Part shown: positions 11,101-26,100 of the stretch, piece after piece
Layout: the number at the start of each line of letters is the position of its first letter
Numbering within the stretch: the first letter of the stretch is position 1
Assembly: GCA_002269645.1 (NCBI GenBank)
Contig: NIVC01002505.1
Coordinates: 1-40,329 of the forward strand
Source: Macrostomum lignano
Taxonomy: Eukaryota
DNA length: 40,329 bases
Direction of reading: 5' to 3'
Notes under the pieces: generated by a model
What the model was told of the DNA's origin: nothing
The model's database searches: none
What the model saw: the letters and a program-made list of their open reading frames with translations, nothing else
Program-made: the position numbers and the translations under genes

Positions 11101-14100
11101 TGCGCATGACGGCGTACGTATCCGCGCGCTTGTGTGTGCCTGCTCAGGGGAGTCGGCAGAATTGGCAGTAATGCCTTTCACCGGTTGTGCAACAATGTCG
11201 CTCAAAGTTCTCCAGGCCTCCTGCCTCTTAAAAATCTTTAATTTTCAGTTTTTAGTAGTCGTTTTTGAAAACTGCTTGAATTTTTCTTAGAAACAAAGAA
11301 TTTTTCTTAGAAACATTGATTTTTTTTCTTAAAAACAACGAATTTTTCTTAGAAACATTGATTTTTTTCTTAGAAACAATGAATTTTTCTTAGAAACACT
11401 GATTTTTTCTTAAAAACAAAAAATTTTTTCACATTTTTAAAAGGTTGTCCGAAGGGCTACAAGAAAATTGTGCGAGTCGATCGCTACTGGAAGAAGCTGA
11501 TCAAGGTGCAATACCTGCTTGAAGATCACAAGTGTCGCAAGAAGACAACCACCAGAAAGTACCGGGTTGCTTGTCCACCAGCTAAAAAGGAGGCTCGATG
11601 CGACAAGGTCACCGGTGCCAAGGTGTTCAAGAAAATCTGGTACGTCCTCAAAAATGGCGACTGCGTCAAGAGGCGGTCGAAACGAGTGGCGAGACTGCGT
11701 GAGTTTCGATTTGCGCTTTTTGCTAGATTTTTGACACCTTTAAATCGCATTCCCTATCTATAAAGCTGGTGCCAGACAGTGGTAAAATACTCATTTAGTA
11801 AATATTTTAAATATTTTTGGATGGTTTCATAGATAATGATCCTGTCTAACAGGTGATGATCCTGTCTAACAGGTGATGACCCTGTCTAACAGGTGATGAT
11901 CCTGTCTAACAGGTGATGATTTTGTCTAACAGGTGATGATCCTGTCTAACAGGTGATGATCCTCTCTAACAGGTGATGACCCTGTCTAACAGGTGATGAT
12001 CCTGTCTAACAAGTGATGATCCTGTCTAACAGGTGATGATCCTGTCTAACAGATGATGACCCTGTCTAACAGGTGATGATCCTGTCTAACAGGTGATGAC
12101 CCTGTCTAAGAGGCTATGATCCTGTCTAACAGATGATGACCCTGTCTAACAGTCTATGATCCTTCTAACAGGTGATGAACTTGTCTAACAGGTAATCACC
12201 ATGTCTAACAGGCTATGATCATGTCTGATTGTCTGTATATCCCTGTCTGGAGCAAGTTATGTATTTTGTCTGTTTGTCTGTGCAATTTACAAGCTTTTCT
12301 GCAGACTAAACTGAATTAGAGTTCGAACTCACGCAGACTGCCTGCACGGTGTCTACCGACACGTCGGGCCCTGCCATCGCTCTGGCGGCAAAGGCGTCTC
12401 ACGCTATCGCAAAGTCCGCTACGAATATTATCGCCGAAAGAAGGGCAGCTGCAGCTGCGAGAAAGTCCGGCGCACCGTCAAAGAGTTGTGCGGCTGTCCG
12501 CAGGGTAACTTCGTCAAAACGACAAAATGTCCGAAGACTGGCTGCAATAGTAAGAAGTGCGGCTCCAAGTGCCACTATACTAAGACGTACTTTTACTTTA
12601 CGAAATGGTCGTATGATGGAGACAAACATCACAAGAGAAAGCACTGCCATGCTAAGGTACGTCATGAACTTTAATCTAGCCACCCGTGAAAGTTGTACCC
12701 GTCATATTTCATAAGCAATGGGAGCATCAAATGAAACTATTCCAGGTGTTTAAGCACATCCATTTCCCTTGCTGCTGCGCCAGCAACAAGCGCGTGAAGA
12801 CTTGGTGCCGTTCGCACAAGCACTCCGTCAAACAAGTCACCTACACCAAGCTCAGCAAGGACAAACACGAATGCGTCCGTTTGAGACGCACGACGACCTC
12901 CAGAATTCGATGCAAGCACAATAGCGAGGGGACCGCCATTAAGAAGCGTCTGCCGCATCCGAAGCCTGGATACTACTATATCGCCACCTATCGCTGGCAC
13001 GTGAAGAACTGTCGCTGTCTGTCAACCGTTGCCAAGCGAACCTGTCGCAAGCGATGCAATCCGACTAAAACGAGTCGACGCTGCAATCGCGTCACCGGAG
13101 AATGGATCACTAGGAAGGTGAGCTGGAAGCTGCGCGGCTGCCGGACCTGCGTTCAACGGGTGCGAGAGGCTCGAACTCCCGTGCATTGTCGACGGAAGAC
13201 AAAACGAACTAAACGGTGCGACAAAAAAACTGGTATTTTAACCGTCACGGTGACGCATTGGAAGCGCAAGGGATGCAAATGCGTGCAAAAGAAGCGAGTC
13301 ACACGAAGACGTTGCAGTGAGTGCAAAATTCCCTTTAAATATTCAACTGCAGCACCGGTAGTTGATTTTTCGGCTAATTTAAGCTAATCTTTTATTTCAG
13401 AATGCCCCAAGCCGATCGTTGGAAAACGCCACTGCGACCACGAGTCGAGCGCTTACGTCACTCGCACCACCTACTGGCTGTTGAAGTCTGGAAAGTGCGT
13501 CAAGCGACGCAGAGTCAAGGTCAGCCAAGTGACCTGCTCGCATAGCGTCAAACGAAAGAGCGTCTGCAAAGCAAAGTCGGGAGTGAAGTTGGTCTACATT
13601 GGAGTTTTGAAGCCTAAAGGATGCCGCTGTGTCAGGCAATGGTCTCTAGAGAATCGACTTCGGTGCAGTAAGTAGTCTGCACATTGTCATCATTATCTGA
13701 CCTCTACAGACGATATCATACAGAATGAAAGCAACTTTTTCCTCAGATTGCAACCGTGAGAACAACGAAGCCAAGCAGGACCGCAGAAAATATTGCGATA
13801 AACATCGCAACCTGAAAGTGACAGTAACCTATCGCTACGTGCTGAAGAAGGGTTCCTGCGTTCGCAAGCGTCAAAAGAGATATCGGGCGTACAGCTGTCC
13901 GCCATCGTTCACCGAGAAGAAAAAGTGCGACGTTAAACGACGCATTCAGGTGACGCTGACGCACTACTCGGTCAAGCGGAAGTGCTCCTGCGTGCGAGCA
14001 GTTAAGCGCCGATCGCGCAAATGCGGATGCGCTCACAAGGTGCGCCGGAAACGCTATTGTCGCAGAGCTGAGGGCGTAGTAGTGACCGAATTGCATACTG

Positions 14101-17100
14101 AAAGGTGGAGTCACAAGAAGGAGCGTTGCATCAAAAAGAAAACTACAAAGAGCCATCGAGTTTGTAAGTCGATTGTAGAACTGCTTTGTTGTTGCTAAAT
14201 ATGTTTTTAACAATCGAATAAATTACCTCCATTTACAGCATGCAGCCAGAAGACTCACTATAGCGTCACAAAGTGCATTAAGAATAAGCACTACGTTGAG
14301 ACAAAAGTCTACCAAGTTCGCAAGGGCTGCCGATGCATTAAGCGAAGAGTCAAGAAGAGACGAAACTGCCGTAAGTGAAACTTTTTGCGCATTTAAGCTT
14401 TATGTATTTTTAAGTTTATCGATAGTACGTACGATTTTTTCTATCTAATTAGCAAATGTTTTCATGAGAACATTATTATGCACCCTATTCAGACTGCAAG
14501 ACAATAACCCGCAAATACAAGTGCCCGAAGGCTGGCTTTACTCGACGAATTGTCACCCAGATTCGACGTTGGGACTCCGCTAAAAAGCGTTGTAAAACAG
14601 TTCGCTACGTAACTCGCCGCATTCGATGCCGCTGCCCAGCTGGTGGACGCAAACGCCTTTGTCGCGCTGGTTCCTGGGTTACTGAAACCATATCCTTTGC
14701 TCTGCGTCACGGCCGCTGTTACAAGCGCGTAAAAAGGCGCAAGCAGAGGGTGACGTGTCGACACAAGATCCGCCGTAGATACACAGCTTGTAAGAAAACT
14801 GGTTGCAAGAAACGCCACATCTACACGATGAAGCTGAAACTTGACAGCAAGCGTTGCTCGTGTTACTATGCGGTTGTCAAGCGAATCGCATGCCCCTGCT
14901 GCTGTCCAAAGACTGTGAAACATCCAAAGCGTTGCGTCAAGGACGGCAAAGCTTGGCAACAAGTGACTGTTGGCTATCGAGTTTTGAGCGGCAAAAAGTG
15001 CGGCTGCAAACGTTGGCTAAAGCGAAAGACACGCCCAGTCGCGTGCACCAAGCTTCGCCAGCTTGTTTGGCAGCCCTGCGACCGACACAAATGCATCAGC
15101 CATCAGCGCAAGGTTCACCACGTGGTTCACGGATGTCGGTGCCGCAAGATCAGCCGGCTCACAGGAAAGAAGCGCGTCTGCTGCTGTCGAGGCAAGACAA
15201 AGCGAAAGCGCTTCTGCCGTCGGAGCGCAATCTACGAGCGAGTGACGCTAGTGCGGCTTCGGAACTGGCGTTGTGTGCGTATCAAACAATTGCGATTACT
15301 AAGATCTTGGCACTGCAAGGCCAAACGGAAGACTGTAGTAGGAAAGTAAGTTAAATATCGATTCCGTAAAATTTATATTTGAGGGAATGCTTTTAAAGAT
15401 TTCTAGATTCATCGCATGCCCGATATTTTCAAAGTATTGTCTCATCAATTTTAACTTACAACATGATAAATATATAAAAACATCCCAGGTGCGATCGTAC
15501 TACCTGTAAACAGCCGCTGCACACTCTAGTGTACAAGGTTTCCCGACCTCATTGCCGCTGTCGGCGAGTAGCCATCAAGCGACGCCACCGCACCTGTTGC
15601 TGTCTACAGCGACCTAAGCGAACGAAACGCTGTGACTCTGCCACTGCGGCCTGGGTTCACACCCGAGTCTACTACGTATTCAATGCTTCGAAGCACGTTT
15701 GCGTACGTCGACGAAGCACAGTCCGAACGCCCGTTCGCTGTTCTAAGCATGTAAAGCAAAAGAAAGATGGATCGTGCAATCGGCACACCTGTCGTCGAGT
15801 TGTTAAGCAGATCGATCACTACGTTCATCATTGCCGGTGCCGGCGTCGGGTTAAGCGTGTCAGTAAAGTCTGCTGTTGTCCACGAGCAAAACGCCTGCCA
15901 GTGCGCTGCGACAGGTCCAAGCACCAGTGGCTTCGGAGTAAGATCACCTGGCATCTCAGTCATGGTCGTTGCGTTAAGCGAGTCACCACAAAGAGGCATC
16001 AACTGACCTGTCGACGCGATGTTAAAACTCGAGTACTAGCGTGTAGCCGTCGCACTTGCAAGCGTAAAATTGTAAAAATTTTACACAGACCCAAGGGCTG
16101 CCGCTGCGCTATTCGGCACAAAATCACCCACCGAACTTGCTGCTGCAGACCAGCTGTTAGGTCCAATGTCAAATGCGTGAATGATCGCGATGTTGTTAGA
16201 ATCACTAAGCGCCGAGTGTTTAACCGTCACACCTACAAGTGCAAAACTAAAGTTGTCAAAAAATTGCTGCACCGGCTGCACAAGTGTCGCAACACAATCT
16301 ACCGAAGCAAATGTAATAAAAAGACTCGGCACCGAACAGTTCGCAAGGTGCTACGGCGACCGAAAAAGTGTCGGTGCAAAGTTTACCGTCGAGTCACTCA
16401 TCGAGTGCTGTGCAGTAAGTTTCATTTCAAGCTTTTGTATGTTAAATAGTAGCTTGTGGCTTTTTTATATTATCCAATTTTCAAATCAAATTATCTACCG
16501 TCAGGTTGTCCAAACACTCGCGTTAAGCGAACCAAATGCAGCAAGACCAGCTGTCACAAGTCTATCGTGAAGACCTGGTACACCTCGTCTGGCCACGGAG
16601 CTCATTTCAAGTGCCGCAAGCATCGCCAGGTAATTAAAGTTCGCTGCTGTTGCAAGCGCAACCCGACCAGTCGAGTATATTGCGATCGGAGCAGCGGAGC
16701 GACAAAACGAGAGAGCAAATGGACTGTGTTTATCGCTTCTAGACGAGCCTGCGTGCGTCGCAGGAAAGTCGTGCTCGTTCGTCGACTTGGTAACCGAAAG
16801 CCTCTTAGTCTAATACTGCGATTGCATGTTCTATTTTAAATAGTAAAGATTGTTATTCATTCCCCTTTCCAGCTTGCAAAAGAGGCGGTTGCAAGTTGGG
16901 AAAATGCAACAAAAGCACCGGCTATCGGATCAAAGTTTGCGTTTCCTATAAGCCTCTAAGGCATAAGTGTAGTTGTAAAAAGCGCACTGTTAAACGAAAG
17001 ATCATCTGTCGTAAGTGTTGCTGAGAAATACGAGTATCTTTGTTTAATTTTAATTTAAAAAACAGTCATTCTATAAAACTCCCTGATCCGAATTTCTGCC

Positions 17101-20100
17101 AGACTGTCCAAAGAGTTACACAAAAAAGTTCTGCAAAGGTGACGAGCGGAAGCTTGAAGTCAGAACTAGCTGGAAAATTTCGCGACTCGAAAATCGTTGC
17201 GTCAAGCGCGTCAAAACTATTACTAACCATCTAGAATGTCCTAAGCGTCGTTGGCGCGAAAAGAAGTGTCCAACTAAGCCAGACTGTCAAGGAAAAATCA
17301 CCACTAATTGGTATCAGTTGAAAAAATGCCGCTGCAAACGAATTACCCGATCCAAACCCATCGTTTGCTGTTGTCCAAAGCCGACTAGAGTAAAGCGTTG
17401 CTTAGAAAACCAATGGGTAACTGTGCTGACTAAACACAATCTATTCAAGGGCCACTGCTTGCAGAAGGTCAAACGGATTCGAGTCAGTGTTCGATGCAAG
17501 CGAAAGCGAGTACGAATCGGTCGCTGCAGAAAGGATTGCAAAAAGCATCGAGTTATTCTGCTCTACGAAGTGAAGAATTGCAAATGCGCAATAGCAAAGC
17601 GAATCATTCGCACTAAAATGTGCTGCTGTCCTCGACCGAAGCACTACAAGCGCTGCAAGGCAGCCAAGGGAGTTGTCCAAAACATCAAACAGTTTTGGCG
17701 CCTCTCCCACGGAAAGTGTCTCAAGCGTAGGCGGATTGTCTCGCGCAAAATTGTCTGCCCGAAAGGTTCGACTCGAGCCAGCAAGTGCAACCGACACACC
17801 CGCAAACAGAAAGTTGTGATCGTGCGCTACAGTCGAGTAGCCTGTCGGTGCCATCGCCGCAAACGAATTCGTCAATTGCTGTGCATGTGTCGACCGCCGC
17901 GTACTGTGAAAGAGAAGTGCACTTCAGAGCGAATTAAGAGGCGGGTTTACCGGATCACCTATCATTTGTCGCATCCGCGCAGCAAACTAGTTAAGAGGCA
18001 TTGTCTAAAGCGTCGGAAAGTATGGTAAGAAGCTGTTCGGTCCTGAAGTTTGCAAGTTGCTAACTGAAATTTAATTATAATAGATTTTACGAGCGCACGT
18101 TTTAATTTCAGGTATACGGAACCTTGCCGCTGTCCGAAGCCTACTCGTCGACAGCGCTGTTCTCGCAAGGGCACAGTTCTGACAACCAAAATCCGCAAAT
18201 GGCGTCTTAAAATAGTTAAGAGATTGCATCATCGTAGATGGATTCGCAGGCGCACGTGCGTGCTGAAAATAACGAAGAAGCACACTAGAATCCGATGCAA
18301 ACGTCGAAGTGTTTCCTGGACTAAGTGTCGCAATTTTCGCCGAAAGAGGACCACAGTCAAACACTGGGTGCATCGGTGCAAATGTCGACGACGCGCTGTA
18401 GTTCGAGTGTTTGCTTGCAGTGAGTGAAAGTATTAATAAAAATATCTTCGGCCATTTGTATTTAGAAGCTGTTTGCAATCACTTTTAAAAACACTTACTT
18501 CGATACACTGACGCATCCAGATTGTGCGAAGAAATCTACCAAAAGTCGTCGCTGCGACGCTAAAGCCGGAGACCTGGTCTACACGCGCAAGTCCTGCTAC
18601 AGCAAGCGCGGCGCCGCCACGTGCAGCTGCACTACCCGACGCTGGCGCAAACACATCAACTGTCCGCGTCGCTACGTACGGCGTCGACTCACTAAGCGAC
18701 ACTGCGGGCTCAAGCGACACCGCGCTTGGTACAATCGGTTCTCAATCGAATGGACGAAACGCCGCGGTTGCGGTTGCGTGCGCAAACGACGCACAGTGCT
18801 GCGCTTCTGCCATTGCCAGCGAGGTTCCAAACGCGCCGGGTGCGCCATTAACGGCAAGACATGGGTAAAAACGAAGGTGACTTATCGCCCCAGCGGCTCC
18901 AAGCATGGCGGCTGTAAGAAAGTGAAACGAGTCACCAAGCGGCGCATTTTGTGCCGCCGACATGCCGGCAAGCCAAAAGTTAAAATCGGTGGCTGCAGCA
19001 AGCACTGCAAGCGTTCTGTGTCCGTGCGCCAGTGCTACGTGAAAAACTGTCGCCGAAAACTGTACATCCAAAGTCGTTTGCAGTTGTGCTGCAAGCCGAA
19101 ACCAAAGCGGCATCGCTATTGTGAGAAAAAATCTGGGAAGTGGGTCACAAAGACATTGCACTACAAGTGAGTTAAATGCCTCCGTCTATGTACTTTTATT
19201 AGGACCATTTTGTTATTCACTCCTACGTTTATGGATAATATGAAACAAACGCTTTCCCTAATGTTGTTTCTCAGACTTGTTCCATCTGGTCCACTGCTGA
19301 AAGACCGACATGGTCGAGTCCTAGCTAAGCAGCTGAAGGTGGTAGCCACAACTAAACGTCACTATCGAAAAGTACGCTGCCCTCGAAATAAAACTCGCGA
19401 AAATTGTCACCGACGTTCCGGCCGCTGGGAGAAAACCCAAATTACTTGGCGTCGCGTTGGCTGTCATTGCAAACGTCGAATCGTTCGTAAAAGGGGTCGA
19501 TGCAGTGAGTTCTTCTCTGAAAAAATCGTTAATTCGAATCACTTTTCTTAATTAAAATGCAAGCATTAAACTTAAATATTATTACTAAACCAAAACAGAG
19601 TGCCCACCAAAGCGAGTCCGCTGGGGTCGGTGCCATAACAGACACAAGGTTCGCACCGTCATCAAATTTTTCCTGAGGAGTCAAAAATGTCACCGCGAAG
19701 TCAAGAAGCGACTATTCCTGTGTGCTTGCCCCAAGCCTCGACGTTACACCGTGTGCGACGGCAAAGGTGCCTGGAAGAAGTGTCATGTGACGTATCGTCT
19801 TAAATTCCGTCAACAGCGCTGCATCAAAAAGCGACACTGCCGAAGTCGCCTACAAACGTGCGAGGCGTCGTCTGAAACTCGTAGCAAGTGCAAGCATTGC
19901 CACCGAATAATTCGCACAGTCTCGTGGCGCTTGAACCGACGTAAGTGCTCGTGCACTCGAATAACTCGCAAGCGAAAGGTCGAATGCGATTGTTGGAAGC
20001 GGAATAGTCGGAAGACTGTTTGCAAGCACGGAGCGTTCGTCACGAGCATTGTCAAGTATCATCAAAAAGGCGAGAAGTGTGCCAAGGTTGTCCGAAAGAT

Positions 20101-23100
20101 TACAAGAGCTGTCCGTAAGTTTAACCTTTTTTCGGTAAAAAGCTACTCATATTAGCGATGCAAATTACTCCTAAATATAATGTATTTATCGTGCAACACT
20201 CAATCAGGCTGCAGTCGTCGCCACATCAAGCGAATTTTGAAGGGCACCTGTGTGAAAAAGGCTGGTCATAAGCGCCGCGGCTACCAGAAGCTGTTACGGC
20301 TGTGGCACGAGCGTCGTGGTTGCAAATGCTACCGAAAACGAGTCTATTCCTGGGTGCCATGCGTCTGTCACCTGATTAAGAAATACCGAACAAAACGATC
20401 GGTTTATTGCAGCCGGGGTCACGTGACTGTTCACAAGAAAGTTTATTACGTTCTAAAGAGGAAGAGCCACAGATGTGTAAAGCGTGTCCACAAACGAAGG
20501 ACTCCAGTTGGTGAGATTTATGTTTAAGCTTATTTACTGGTTTTAAGCTAATCTGTAGGCAGCACAAAGCAAATCGAAATTCAGGATAGTTGGTTAGGTA
20601 TCTATTTAGGTCTACAATCAGTGAATTTAGGTTAGTTATAGTTGTACTGATGCAATGTCTACTGATGCAATAACTTCCAGTATGCAAGGGCACCAGGACC
20701 CGACGCAGTCGTTGCAAGCCAAACGGCAAAGGCGACAAGTTTTCTGTCACACGAGTTCTGCGTCAGCGCAGCGATGGCAAATGCGGCTGTGCTTGGCGTT
20801 CGGAGAGCACGCGTAAAAATGTTTGCCACTGCCGTCCACCTCGCCGAATTAAGCGCTGCGTGCAGAATAAGACGCGTCAACAAATCCTTATCCGCTACCA
20901 CCCAGTTCGCGGACGCAGTCACTGCAAAGGAAAGCGCCGTGTTTACAACAAGCATCTGTCCTGCCCGAGCAACTTCTCCCGACGAGACAAGTGTCATCGA
21001 TGTACCTTTTCAGTTAGAAAATACGCTTATCATCCGGAAAAGTGTCGCTGCGTAGCACGAAAGGTTGCCACAAAGCGACTCCGCTGCTGCTGTCCAAATC
21101 CTGTCACAAAGCGTCACTGCGATGCCAAACGACATATGATTGTCACCGTCAGGAGCATCTACAAGCTGCGACACCATCGCTGTCATCGCCGACGCGTCAC
21201 GCGCACTCGCCGAGTTCGTTGTGGACGAACGCGACCCCTATACCGCGTGTCTAAGTGCAGCAAGGACGGTTTCCGTAAAATTCGCAAAATGTGGCGTTAC
21301 ACGGTCGGTTGCTTGTGTCGCAAGCGCACGGTTGTCCGCAAGCAACGTTGCTCATGCCCGCACGCTCGCGTCTACAAGCCCGGAAAGTGTGGTCGCCGCT
21401 TTGCTCACGACGTCTGGCTAGGTTACAAACTAAAAGACACTGGCGTGAAAATTCCCGGCACCAACAAACCAGTGTTAAAGTGCGTAAAAGTGGTTGTCGA
21501 TAAACGAAAGCGCCGTTGCCGCTGTCCAAAGCCATACCGTCGGTCGATCTGTCGTAGAGATAACCTCATTCTCCGGATAACCGTTTCTTATCGCCTGCAC
21601 GCTAATAGCTGTCAGCGAAAGCGAGTTGTTCGTAAGCGACGCTTGTCCTGTCGTCGTCGTCCCCACCTTGTTCGTCGGATAGTATCGCCAGAAAAGTGTT
21701 CAGCAAAGCATGGCTATTCCCAGAAACTAACATACATTTACGTGCATGCAAAGGGCTGCCATTGTAGAAAGACCCGACGAGTGAAGCATATAATCTGCGA
21801 CTGTTTCCGCAAGTACGGTGGCAAAAAACATCACGTTAAATGCGTTAAGCACAACCGGCTGTTTAGGCGCAGCTTTTGGATGGCAAAGCGCGGTAAAGGC
21901 TGCGTAAAGCGAGTCAAAACTGTCGCCAAGACAATCCGTTGTGCCAAGAAGGTACGCATTCGTTCCGGTCCGTGTAAGCGCTCGAGCGGGAAGAAATCTT
22001 TCCGTATCTATCATCTGGTTGCCCGTCACTGTCGCTGCGTTTGGCAGCTGGTGCGCCGCGCAAAAGCTGCTTGCCGATGTCCGCCATCGAAGCGCTCCAC
22101 GCGTTGTCACAAGAATGCTAGCTGGGTGACAACCAAGTTCAAGTGGCGTCTAGTTGGAAGCGGGCCAAAAGCTCGCTGTGTCCTGCACAAGCGGAAAATA
22201 GTGCGCCATATCAAGTGTCGGGTTGGTCGACGAGTTCGTCGCTCAAGCCGCTGCAATAACTCAGGCTACAAAGTCACCGAAGCCACTACTCGAAGACTAG
22301 TTAAATGCAAGTGCATGAAGCGCACTGAACGTCAAAAGTGCAGGTGCCGATGCCCAAAGAATCGTAAAGCGCGCGTATGTCGCGGCAGTGTGTGGGTGAC
22401 GGAGCGCATTACTCACAAGCTGGCCAAGTGCGCTTGCAGAACAACGCGTCAAGTGATTAGAGAGCCGGTTTCCTGTCCGAAGAAAACTCGAGTACAAGGC
22501 CCCTGTCGGCGTGGCAAAAACGGAGATTTCTACAAAAAAGTTGTGCGAACAAGTTGGAGGATTAGTGGGTAAGCTTTGCATTCACGGACTTTGTATTTTC
22601 ATTGACACTATGCGATGTACAAATACAAACTAGGCCTTTATAGAAAATTTGTGATCCATTTTTAAACAAATGACGTTCATTGATGATTTTCATTTTTAGC
22701 TGCAAATGCAAACGCATCCGCAAAATCCGACACCGCCTCTGCGGCTGCGACGCCCAACAACTTAAGCGTCGCATTTGCGAATCTGGATTTGTTCGCGTCA
22801 CAGTCGTCTGGAAGCGACTGTTAGTTAACAATGCATGCCGCCGAGTGCGAAAGTATCGGCGAAAAGAACGCCTTCACTGCGGCCGGGTTCAAGTGCGTCG
22901 AGTGTGCGACAGACGGAGCGGCAAATTGAGCGTGTTTGTTATTAGGCCCTACGCCAAGAGTTGCCGTTGTCATAAGCGTGTGGTTCGGCGCCTACGACGA
23001 TGCGGTGAGCCGATGCTCAAATTATAGATAAATGGCACTTTCCCAATAAGAGCTCATTAGCAGTGCTTCGTCTTAGCTAGTTGTAGCCTACTAGTTGGAG

Positions 23101-26100
23101 CGTCGGGCTCACGACTTTGAGGTCGGGGGTTCGATTCTCGACCCATTAGGAACAATTTGTGTCCTTGAGCAAGACACCTAACTCTGCATTGCGTCAGTTC
23201 ACTTTTAGCTGTAAAATGGGTGCCAGCATTAGCTGGGGTAATTGAGGATGGGTGTGGTGACCTCCCCCCAGTCCTTGGACTGAACAGCTGTACGCTGCCT
23301 TCAGATGCGCCGCGTAATAGCTTCGGCTGAGCTGTCGGTTGCACATCTGCCCATTAGTGTAGGTGTAGTAAATTATTATTCATATTATTAGTGTTATGAT
23401 ATCAAGTAAATCAATGCGTCTTTAATAATTTTAGGCTGCCACCAGCGCCGCAAGATGAAGGTTGGAAAGTGCAACCGTCATACGTGCCGGCAGCGGCTGC
23501 TGTACTTGCGTCGAGTATTCAACAAGGCGTCCGAAGAGTGCGTATGGCGACGTTATCAAAAGCAGCGGACCTGCTGCTGTAAGGGAGTGAAACGCCTGGA
23601 AAAGTGCAAGCACAAAGAGGGCCAACGAGTAGTCAAGGTTCTTAAACGTGTGCTCAGACATTGGAGCTGCGTCACTGTGGCGACAGAAGTCCGTCATCAA
23701 ATCAGTAAGTGAAATTAAAGCTTTGCTTGACATAACTAGTAAATTTATCTACAATTTCGCAACTTTTCGTTCCAGAATGCAAGCGTCATTTGACTGTACT
23801 GAAAAAGCGTCAGAAGAACGGAGTCCTCAAGCTGGTCAAGTGTTGGACGGTGCGCAAAGGTTGCGGTTGTGGCAAAAGATGTAAAACAATTTTCCGACGC
23901 TACCGTAAGTACTGAATGTTTCGTTGTTTCCCTTTATATTCTAAAGATAGAAAGATTTGGCTCTACTGTGTCAAAGTACCAATCATACCCACCCGACAGG
24001 CTGCAAGCGTCCATTGAAACGCAAGAGATGCATCTGTGTCAATGGCAAGTGTCGCACCCAGCTTATGTTAAAGCATTGGCGTCTGACCCACGGCGGATGC
24101 TACGGCCAGATCCGGGTCCGCACTCGGCCCACCGTTTGTCCGCCAGTGCTATTCAGTCAAAGCAGATGCGCCGTGCCTACAAAGTACGGCTTCTACCGCG
24201 TTAAGCGCACTGTTCACTGGCGCCAGAAGCGCTGCCGTTGTGTGCGCATCATCAAACGTCAATCTGTCGTGTGTCGCTGCTGGCGATCAAGCTCGAAAAA
24301 GCACTGTCATCGACGACGCGGATTGATTGAACACATCCGAGTTCACTATCGAATCAACAAGGGCCGTTGCGTGAAAGCGATCAAGCGAACGCAGCATCGG
24401 GTGAAGTGCGGTCATAAAACCTGGCGCTATTCGCGACGAGTTGCCCACCCGAAGCGCAAGGATGTACACTTGAAGATCTACGTAAAACACGTCCGAATTG
24501 GTTGCAATTGTAAGAAACAAATTAAGCGAGTGCCCTGCAGATCAAGGTTAGCTGCTACCTTTATTTCGAGGTCTGGGCTTCCATTAAAATATTATTAATT
24601 TTTTGTTTCTAATCTACTATTTACTCACCCCAGGTGCCGACCATGCATCAAAAAGCGTCGCTGCAGCTCCGCTGGTAGAGTACTCGTCAGTTCAAGAATT
24701 TGCTGGCACCTTTCTAATTGTCGATGCATCCGTCGTGTGGTCGTCAAACGACACCGTGTACGCTGTCCGCGTTCTCGACGTCGGACAATCTGTCACCGTA
24801 GCAAAAAGTGTGCCATTGCAATAGCCACTAAGCAATACCGTGTTCAAGGTTGCCGATGCGTAGCAAAAAACAAAGTGCATCGAACTGGCCGAAAGTGCTG
24901 CTGTCCTGGGCCAAAGAAAATTCGCAAATGCGTCCGCGGTTCCATACGCCATCGAACTGTGCGCTACCAGTTGCGCGATGGTCGATGCCACGCTATCGTT
25001 TCCAATGCCTTCCGACCAGTACAATGTCCCAAAAAGCGTCGCCACGTTGTTCGCGGACGCTGCCGTAACGGTCGACAGGCCTACGTCCAGCACTTTTGGA
25101 CTAAGCGTGGCTGTCGATGCGTTCGAGTGAAACGCTCCTATCACCGCCGATGCGGTTGTCGGTACAAGATAGTCGAGCTGGTTGTCGCTGTGGATCTTCA
25201 TTCTTCGGTGAAGGAAGGCAGTCCAAACTATCGATCGCACGTCTCCGATTTTCTTGAAGTAGTCCTGCGCCAATTCGAATCCGGCTCAGCGAAGGTTCGC
25301 ACGGTGTTGTTCACATACAGCTCAACTGTGCGCAAGCATCATATCGAGTCCAGCGAGAATGATGCTTCTGCATTGTTCAACGATTTCACCAACAGTAAGA
25401 CAAATCTTTTCGGCGCTCTGAAAGCTATTAAGGCTCACCTGGTTCGCAGCAGGCGTCAATATTCGAATAAAGTCAAGCGAATCGTGCTCGTAGTGACCAG
25501 AGGAAGACATACAAAGAGCAGGCGCTCGATTTTACTCGCGGATAAGATCAAACACATGGCTCGATTGTTCGTCATCGGATTCGGTTCGCTGCCTAAATCG
25601 GGTCGCTATGTTAAATGGTTGGCTAGCAGGCCAAGACGGGTGCATTATCTGAGGATGAAGAAGACACAAAAGTAAGTCTAGGCAATAACTCCTGACTATC
25701 CGGACATATAAGTAGTATAAACGCATATAAATTTCAAAAGTACCAAGCACAAAACATCTTGGTACTTAGTATTGTTCTTAATAAGACAAAAAGCATTCAG
25801 AGGCTGGTTAAGGTCAGGTAAAGTTCCTGGACCAAGTTCCAGTGCTCGTAGTAGTAACGAACGATTAATTATTTACGATCCGCGCAGTCAGTAGTAAGTA
25901 TAGTTAAGTAGCCAATAGTAAGCACCATTGATTTTTCAGATACAAGTTCATCGCTTCGCGAATCTTTGAGCACGCCTGTCGCAAGCATTGTCGACGACGG
26001 CCTAAACGTCATATTGGCAAGTGCAAGCGCGACACGTGCCGTCGTCTGCTTACCGAAGTCACGTGGCATCGCGACAAGCGCAGCGGAAAGTGCGTCCGAC

